Of a DNA stretch of 64,000 bases, positions 57,924 to 64,000 are shown in pieces; position 1 is the stretch's first letter, and each line of letters opens with the position of its first letter. Under the pieces are notes generated by a model. It searched no databases. It had not been told where the DNA came from and saw only the letters and a program-made list of their open reading frames with translations. Source of the DNA: a virus (lineage: Duplodnaviria > Caudoviricetes); IMG/VR virus record IMGVR_UViG_2864522212_000004, positions 72,255 through 136,254 of that record; one strand, 5' to 3'. The position numbers and the translations under genes were made by a program.

Positions 57924-58592
57924 ATGGAAGAACACGACAAACGCTTCTGGCGAAACATGACATTCGCCCAGCTCAGAAACCGACGGGTACGAGTCTCCGC
58001 ATACGGCGGCGACATGATCCTCGAATTCCGACTCACTCCCGGAATCGGACACACGCTCGGAGCCCGGCAATACACTGTCAACGGCTTCGACATCGGTGAA
58101 CTGTTCCACGAAGGCCATGACGGATTCATGGAACTCACCCGGCAGAAAGCACCCGTCAGCATCAAGCTGCTCCCCGACGAACCCGAATACAAAATCATCG
58201 AAGACATCACCGGCGTGCAACCCAGAGACGTCTTCGTGCAAACGAACGGGAACAAATATCCAGTACAGGAAATCACCGATGACGGCCATTGTCTAGTCCT
58301 GATTGACTCCAACACCTATCGGATTGATGACGACGCATTCGACCATGCTTTGCGACCGGCACCCGCACGAATTCCGGATCGCCCCGGACTGTGGGAGGAC
58401 AAGTCAGACGGCCTGTACACCGTGTGGAAAAACGGTCAGGAGCTTTGGATCATGCAGATACGCGAGTCCGATGGGCGTTGGATGAACGGCCCTGCGCTGC
58501 TAATCGGCAAGACGGGAGAAAACGTCAACGATTCAACGACAAAGGATCTGTCCTCGAAAGCTCCATTCCGATTCCATGATGAAGAACTGTGA
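57924..58592 (+). CDS. Hypothetical protein
   Basis: First gene after a conserved promoter motif. Confidence 0.75.
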   Translation: MEEHDKRFWRNMTFAQLRNRRVRVSAYGGDMILEFRLTPGIGHTLGARQYTVNGFDIGELFHEGHDGFMELTRQKAPVSIKLLPDEPEYKIIEDITGVQPRDVFVQTNGNKYPVQEITDDGHCLVLIDSNTYRIDDDAFDHALRPAPARIPDRPGLWEDKSDGLYTVWKNGQELWIMQIRESDGRWMNGPALLIGKTGENVNDSTTKDLSSKAPFRFHDEEL

Positions 58593-58601
58593 GGGGAGAG
58601 A

Positions 58602-58883
58602 ATGCAATCCGTCACCAACATTTTCGACCAACTGCGTCTCTCTCCGCCTATTCCTGGACCGCTGCACAAGAGAACGGTTGACGCTGCGGATCTTGGCACC
58701 ACCGCCGAGGTTCTTGCCGCGGCGAAAGCCCTATACCGGCTCGTCGAAGGTCGTAGCGGCCGTCAGATTCTCGACTTCGGGCAACTCCCGAAACGAGATC
58801 AGAACCGGTACATCAACGAAGCGTTCAAAGCCTTCAACGATGCGCGAAAGGAAATGAAGTGCGGTTCCGAACGAAAATCCTGA
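58602..58883 (+). CDS. Hypothetical protein
   Basis: RBS ggggag. Confidence 0.7.
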   Translation: MQSVTNIFDQLRLSPPIPGPLHKRTVDAADLGTTAEVLAAAKALYRLVEGRSGRQILDFGQLPKRDQNRYINEAFKAFNDARKEMKCGSERKS

Positions 58884-59053
58884 ACCACTTCTGCCGAGGA
58901 TGCGGAACACTCCTGTCGGCAGATGAGAGACAGACCGGACTCTGCTCTTCCTGCTGGTTCGAAAAGGAGAAGAAGCAGTCCCTTGATGACAAGGACTGGC
59001 AGGAGGAACTGCTTCGAGAACTCGACGGATATCAGCCGATGGCGGGCCGATAA
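58859..59053 (+). CDS. Small zinc-finger protein
   Basis: CRGC..CSSC. Confidence 0.6.
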   Translation: MRFRTKILNHFCRGCGTLLSADERQTGLCSSCWFEKEKKQSLDDKDWQEELLRELDGYQPMAGR

Positions 59054-59084
59054 GAGACCGTAATTCAGAACGACAAGGAAACCG

Positions 59085-59261
59085 ATGAGTATTTTTTTCA
59101 TACAAGAAAAATCAGTTGACGGTTGGAAGCCCGCCTGGCATCGGAGTCTCATGCCTTCTTTCGAGAGCAAAAGACAAGCCATGCGCACCGTCCGAAGATA
59201 TGTCATGCAACACGACCGAACGAGGCCAAGCATGTTCCGGATTCTCAAGATGAAGGTCTGA
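59085..59261 (+). CDS. Hypothetical 58-aa protein (not in the ORF track)
   Basis: RBS aagga, MSIFFIQEKSVDGW.., fills the operon gap. Confidence 0.6.
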   Translation: MSIFFIQEKSVDGWKPAWHRSLMPSFESKRQAMRTVRRYVMQHDRTRPSMFRILKMKV

Positions 59262-59262
59262 T

Positions 59263-59535
59263 ATGACGGTGCTACGCATCGACAATGACGACGGATCATG
59301 CCGGCTGGAGATACCCGGGACCAATCGCCGCTGGTCCCTGATCCTGTTGAGGGTTCCCAGCTTTAACGGGTTCAGCGCATACGTGACACCACAGGGCGGA
59401 AAGCTCGACGAGAACACTCCGAAAACATCCGTGTCAGACATCAGCGACCTGATTTCCGTACGCGACTTCATCGATGAAACCATCGCACAACACAATCAAG
59501 GACCAATCAGTGGCAGAAGAACAAACCCACTTTGA
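59263..59535 (+). CDS. Hypothetical protein
   Basis: Operon ORF. Confidence 0.65.
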   Translation: MTVLRIDNDDGSCRLEIPGTNRRWSLILLRVPSFNGFSAYVTPQGGKLDENTPKTSVSDISDLISVRDFIDETIAQHNQGPISGRRTNPL

Positions 59536-59893
59536 AATCATCGAATGCGAGAACCACATACCCGTAGCGATCCGTCAATTCGACTCGGAGGAAGAGGCCA
59601 TGGAATACCTGAACATGCGTCTCAAATCAGAACAGCCAACCCATCCATCCGAACGCCATGAGGCACAGGAATCCGAGGGGACGACGGCGCAGGGGCTGCA
59701 TGAATTCTCAGAACAGCTCCGCATCCAATCCATTCTGCGCATGCTGGAAATGAACGCGAGAGGAGAATTCAACGCCTTCGAACGCATCGAACTGTATGCC
59801 GCGCTCAACAATCAAAGAACAAGAAAAGCTCTTGGAATCACCGTCGAATCCTCTCCTTGCAAACAGAACCGCCAAAGGATTAACACGCAATGA
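59510..59893 (+). CDS. Hypothetical protein
   Basis: RBS aagga + GTG; ATGA overlap with the next gene. Confidence 0.65.
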   Translation: MAEEQTHFEIIECENHIPVAIRQFDSEEEAMEYLNMRLKSEQPTHPSERHEAQESEGTTAQGLHEFSEQLRIQSILRMLEMNARGEFNAFERIELYAALNNQRTRKALGITVESSPCKQNRQRINTQ

Positions 59894-60255
59894 CATCAGG
59901 GAAAAAGCTCGATCGGGAAACCGTCGATTACCTTCGTACGCTGCCTGAAATCGTGCGCAGAGTGCAAGGCGGACGAATCTACTACACGAACTCCTTCAGG
60001 ACGCAAGCGACGGCACGCTATGCCATGGGAGACCGGCCCGTCGACATCTTCCGCGACAACGGGATAGGGCCCGAAGTGATCGGGTACAAGCGCATCGAAC
60101 GCTGTATCGCCCGGTGGAAAGAAAACCCGGACGAATTATCCACAGTAGATAGTCGAACGTCACGTCTGAAGCGCATCGAGGAAGAAATCAAATACCTCGA
60201 GCAGCAGGCGAAGAAAATCCGACTGGCCGAGGACAAGGAGGCGAGCAAGCAATGA
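59890..60255 (+). CDS. HTH-like DNA-binding protein
   Basis: RIYYTNSFR..PVDIFRDNG..IARW followed by a coiled coil; coupled to dnaB. Confidence 0.7.
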   Translation: MTSGKKLDRETVDYLRTLPEIVRRVQGGRIYYTNSFRTQATARYAMGDRPVDIFRDNGIGPEVIGYKRIERCIARWKENPDELSTVDSRTSRLKRIEEEIKYLEQQAKKIRLAEDKEASKQ

Positions 60256-61592
60256 ACGATCCGTTTAACCAGGAACTACCACACAAGGATGAAGCGGAAC
60301 GCACCGTATTGGGTGCGATGCTCCAATCCCGTGCCGCCATTGACGAGGCGCGTCAGAAAATCACGGAAAACGACTTCTACCAGCCGAACAACAAAACGAT
60401 TTATCGTCTGATCTGCGACCTGTCCGATCAACATGGCGACGTTGACACCACACTGCTTTGCATGACATTGGCCGAGCGGAAAATGCTTGATCATGTTGGA
60501 GGCCTGAACTACGTCGGCAAGCTCATCGATTATGCTCCGACCACGTCGAATGTCGGCATCTACGCGGACATGGTCAAAGACGCGGCGAAACGACGCGACA
60601 TCATCGCCATCGGCACCCGCATAGCGCAAATGGGTCATGCGAACGATGCCGACACCGACAGTATCATCGGCAACGCCTTGGATGAGGCGTTCCATATCGG
60701 CGAGGACGATTCCAGTACCGATTACAAGGACATCTATACGGTTTCCACCGATATGCTTGACCATCTCGACAAGATTCAGAAGGGGGAAATCACCGAAGGA
60801 GTCCACACCGGATTCAGGGACATCGATGACGTGACCCACGGTCTGCAACCAGGGCAGATGATCGTCGTCGCCGGACGCCCGGCCATGGGAAAGTCCACGT
60901 TGGGAATGGACTTCGCACGGAATGCGGCCATTCACGACGACCAATGCACAGTCGTCTTCAGCTTGGAAATGAGCCGTGAGGAAATCGCGCAACGCCTGTT
61001 CTCCGCCGAGACGAACATTCCGTTGAATGTTTTCCGCGACCCGTCTCAAATGACCGACGAACGATGGCGAACCGTCAACAGTTTTTGGCAGAAGCTCAAG
61101 GACAAGCCATTGTATATCGATGATTCCGCGAATCTTAAGGTCCCTGATATTCGAGCGAAATGCCGCAGGTTGAAGGAGACAAAAGACCTGAAACTCGTGG
61201 TCGTCGACTATCTGCAGCTCATGTCCAGCGGGCGCATGACCGAGAACCGTCAGCAGGAGGTAAGCGACTTCAGCCGCCAGTTCAAACTGTTGGCCAAGGA
61301 ACTGCAGGTGCCGGTCGTGATCCTCAGCCAGCTGAACCGCAACGTGGAAATGCGCGCCGACAAAGTACCTCAAATGAGTGACCTACGCGAATCCGGCTCC
61401 ATCGAACAGGACGCCGACGTGGTGTTCCTCGTACACCGTCCCGACGCCTATGACAAGGAAGATAGGCCCGGCGAGGCCGACATCATCATGGCCAAGCATC
61501 GCAACGGCCCGACCGAGACTTTCCACCTTGCTTTCCTTGGCAGCAACAGCAAGTTCAAGGACATGCCGCAGGACTATACGACCGGAATCTGA
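60252..61592 (+). CDS. dnaB: Replicative DNA helicase
   Basis: AGRPAMGKST, FSLEMS, VVDYLQL, SQLNR, DLRESGSIEQDAD, KHRNGPT. Confidence 0.97.
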   Translation: MNDPFNQELPHKDEAERTVLGAMLQSRAAIDEARQKITENDFYQPNNKTIYRLICDLSDQHGDVDTTLLCMTLAERKMLDHVGGLNYVGKLIDYAPTTSNVGIYADMVKDAAKRRDIIAIGTRIAQMGHANDADTDSIIGNALDEAFHIGEDDSSTDYKDIYTVSTDMLDHLDKIQKGEITEGVHTGFRDIDDVTHGLQPGQMIVVAGRPAMGKSTLGMDFARNAAIHDDQCTVVFSLEMSREEIAQRLFSAETNIPLNVFRDPSQMTDERWRTVNSFWQKLKDKPLYIDDSANLKVPDIRAKCRRLKETKDLKLVVVDYLQLMSSGRMTENRQQEVSDFSRQFKLLAKELQVPVVILSQLNRNVEMRADKVPQMSDLRESGSIEQDADVVFLVHRPDAYDKEDRPGEADIIMAKHRNGPTETFHLAFLGSNSKFKDMPQDYTTGI

Positions 61593-61620
61593 CCCACAGG
61601 AAAATAGAAGGAAACAGATC

Positions 61621-62439
61621 ATGGGAGAGAAAATCACCGCCAAAGTGGAAACCATCACCCCGGAAATAGCGAAAACCATGCTCGGCGAAAACGTCAACAA
61701 CCGGCGTATCAGCCGAGACAACGTCAACTTGTTCGCCCGCGAAATTCGCAACGGCGAATGGCGGTTCAACGGTGAGGCCATCAAATTCGGCAAAGACGGG
61801 CGACTGCTGGACGGCCAGCATCGTCTGCTCGCCGTCATCGCCGCCGACAAGCCGTTGACCACGCTCGTCATCCGAGGGTTGGAAGACGAAACCCAGCAGA
61901 CCATGGACAGCGGAAAAACCCGCACCTTGGGCGACGTGCTCACCTTGCGCGGAGAAAAGAAATCCACGCAGCTCGCCTCACTGGCCCGCGCCGTGTATCT
62001 GGCCGACCAGCTGGGCATGGAGGCCGCCGCTCAGAACGATTTGAAACCCACACGCGGTGAGATTATCTCGTTCATCGACCAGACCCCGCAACTGGCGGAC
62101 GTGCTCGCCGCATCACGCGCGTTCCGCAGCCAATCCGGGGACATGCTGACCAGCAGCATGTTCGCCTCGCTCTGGTGGACGTTCGCGCACATCGACACGG
62201 ATGCGGCCAACAGGTTCTTCACGAGCCTCGCCAGCGGCGCGAACCTGCAAGCCGACGATCCGATCCTCATACTGCGCAACACGTTGATGGCTCAGCCTCA
62301 CAAGGCCGGCCGTTCCACCCGCGACAACCGTGTACGCATCGCCGCATTGACCATCAAGGCGTGGAACAAGTGGCGTAAGGGCAAGCCTCTCCGCCAGTTA
62401 AAGTTCTCAGCCGGAGAATCGTTCCCTACGCCACGCTGA
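61621..62439 (+). CDS. ParB/Srx-like DGQHR-domain protein
   Basis: ITPEIAK..NNRRIS..GEWRFNGEAI..LLDGQHRL. Confidence 0.75.
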   Translation: MGEKITAKVETITPEIAKTMLGENVNNRRISRDNVNLFAREIRNGEWRFNGEAIKFGKDGRLLDGQHRLLAVIAADKPLTTLVIRGLEDETQQTMDSGKTRTLGDVLTLRGEKKSTQLASLARAVYLADQLGMEAAAQNDLKPTRGEIISFIDQTPQLADVLAASRAFRSQSGDMLTSSMFASLWWTFAHIDTDAANRFFTSLASGANLQADDPILILRNTLMAQPHKAGRSTRDNRVRIAALTIKAWNKWRKGKPLRQLKFSAGESFPTPR

Positions 62440-62443
62440 CCGG

Positions 62444-62472
62444 TTATCCACAATCCACAACAACTGTCCACA
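62444..62472 (+). promoter_or_regulatory. DnaA-box cluster
   Basis: TTATCCACA (62444), CAATCCACA (62451), CTGTCCACA (62464). Confidence 0.5.
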
Positions 62473-62500
62473 TAAAAAAACAATCAAAAAAGGAACCATC

Positions 62501-62893
62501 ATGGCATACAACAAACGCTACCGCGTCTCCCACACATTCGAGAACGGAAGCCGATTCATCGGCACCATCGGGATAAGGAACGCAACCCCGGATTTCCCTG
62601 CAAACATCGAAGGCCGTATGATCGTGGAATCGGTTAACGGACGATTCCAAGGCGTCTTCAAACTTGTCAACGGGACTGTCGGCCGCGTTTCTGGCGTAGT
62701 ACTTCCACCTCAGCCAAAAAATTGGATCTTCGAGCCACAAGGTGCAGACAAGTATCTGCAAAACGAGACCGGGCCGAACGTGGAAATGCCTCGCACCGAA
62801 CTCGACATCGCATCCAACCGGGAACCCCAGTATGACAGTGTCCTCAGCGACGGGACTCCCGACGATGCGGAATTGTTGAGTCTCATCGCCTGA
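62501..62893 (+). CDS. Hypothetical protein
   Basis: RBS aagga. Confidence 0.7.
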   Translation: MAYNKRYRVSHTFENGSRFIGTIGIRNATPDFPANIEGRMIVESVNGRFQGVFKLVNGTVGRVSGVVLPPQPKNWIFEPQGADKYLQNETGPNVEMPRTELDIASNREPQYDSVLSDGTPDDAELLSLIA

Positions 62894-62908
62894 CCGGAGC
62901 GAGAAAAA

Positions 62909-63427
62909 ATGGCACAGATACCATCCGGATTCACGTTCAACGACGACATCACCGAAGACGCAAGCGAAAGATTCCCGCCGCCCGCATTGGGCTCCACCAG
63001 CATCAACTGGAATGACGCCGGCAGCGTATACGACGCGATTCAACAGGTCAGCGAACAGTTCAAACAAGCGTTCGCCGACCTCATCGACCAGTCCGCAAAA
63101 GGCACTGACAATAGCGTGGAATCACGCCTGTTCTTCACCATCGCCGCCTACAGCGCCATGAACGAACTGCACGACATGACCGCCCCCATACTCTCCAGCA
63201 CGCTCATGAACCAGCATCCCGACTGGGTGCCGGTCATCAACGGCTGCGAAAGCAACGAGGAACTGATGGAAGCCTGGCCGGACGTGAAAACCGTGCATGA
63301 CGCGCAAATCCAAGCGAACAAAACCGGACGACCGGTACGAGTCCATTTGAAGGACGCCGACGTGGACGCGATCATCTCAGTACAACCGATAAAAGAGGAG
63401 GACTTCCATGCTGAACGAGCGGCCTGA
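62909..63427 (+). CDS. Hypothetical protein
   Basis: Operon ORF. Confidence 0.7.
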   Translation: MAQIPSGFTFNDDITEDASERFPPPALGSTSINWNDAGSVYDAIQQVSEQFKQAFADLIDQSAKGTDNSVESRLFFTIAAYSAMNELHDMTAPILSSTLMNQHPDWVPVINGCESNEELMEAWPDVKTVHDAQIQANKTGRPVRVHLKDADVDAIISVQPIKEEDFHAERAA

Positions 63428-63833
63428 AGGCAAAGACAAATTCGGATATGTGCTTATCGGATTGCTTGTCGCCTTCGTTATAATCCTAGTAACTTCGGCT
63501 GTCATCTGGAATTCAAATCATCCTGAGAAAGTCCAAGAAAACTTTGAAAAAATCGACACCCAGCAAGCAGAAGAGAAGAAGGGCGCCAAGCTCGGCCCCT
63601 ACACCATCCAGTTGAAGGACAAAAAAGTAGTGGACTGCGTAGGTGGAGCCCTATATACCTATAGCGGGATAAATGTTATACCAACCTGCGATTGGGATCA
63701 CCCAAGACAGCTGGCCCCTGATGAGAAAGCCAACAGGCAAGCCACATACGTGACCCTAGGAAACGGCGAACAGGTTCCCTGTGCAGGCAACAGTTACATC
63801 GAATGCGGCTGGCAGTTGAAAGACGAACAATGA
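63408..63833 (+). CDS. Membrane-anchored protein with repeated Cys motif
   Basis: N-terminal TM helix; duplicated L.(D/N)..V.C..C.W motif. Confidence 0.7.
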   Translation: MLNERPEGKDKFGYVLIGLLVAFVIILVTSAVIWNSNHPEKVQENFEKIDTQQAEEKKGAKLGPYTIQLKDKKVVDCVGGALYTYSGINVIPTCDWDHPRQLAPDEKANRQATYVTLGNGEQVPCAGNSYIECGWQLKDEQ

Positions 63834-64000
63834 GCTTCACCAGCCTCACATCGCATGTAATCCTGCTAATGCTCGTCAGCTGGATGGGCGCCGAACTATT
63901 GGCCTCTGGGAATCGGATGATCCGTAGGGTGTTCGGGAAGCTCAGCGTACTGCTCGGCATGTATGCGTTGACATGCCTGCTGATAGAGTGTGGTTTCTAG
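63830..64000 (+). CDS. Small membrane protein
   Basis: ATGA overlap, two hydrophobic segments. Confidence 0.55.
   Translation: MSFTSLTSHVILLMLVSWMGAELLASGNRMIRRVFGKLSVLLGMYALTCLLIECGF

Overview
High-GC actinobacterial sequence. Gene content and codon style point to a large conjugative plasmid of Bifidobacterium, resembling pMP7017-type megaplasmids; this is an inference, no search was run. Left to right the window holds: a tnpB-only IS200/IS605 element, a yefM-yoeB toxin-antitoxin pair with a nearby LexA box, a thioester-domain adhesin, ssb, a DNA methyltransferase, a XerCD dif site and an orphan higA. Next is an 18-kb surface-protein block (PrgA-like CAP/coiled-coil protein, class C sortase pilus, two LASTG proteins). 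A phage-type replication module follows, under a lambda-like switch (Cro-like gene, three operators, XRE repressor, ImmA) with a membrane NERD nuclease. After that come a tnpA-tnpB IS605 element, small phage-like or anti-defence genes, a Gram-positive T4SS region with parA-parG inside it, an AT-rich candidate origin, repA, and an operon containing dnaB. The most notable unannotated signals are two dispersed regulatory motifs with six copies each: CGGT-N17-CGGT before adhesin, pilus, tra and rep genes, and TGTTATACTGAA..CCACATA before maintenance or early genes. Also notable are the second, apparently inducible phage-like replicon with internal iterons and two reconstructable TnpB insertion sites that share a CCAT target. 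No CRISPR array, tRNA or rRNA was seen.
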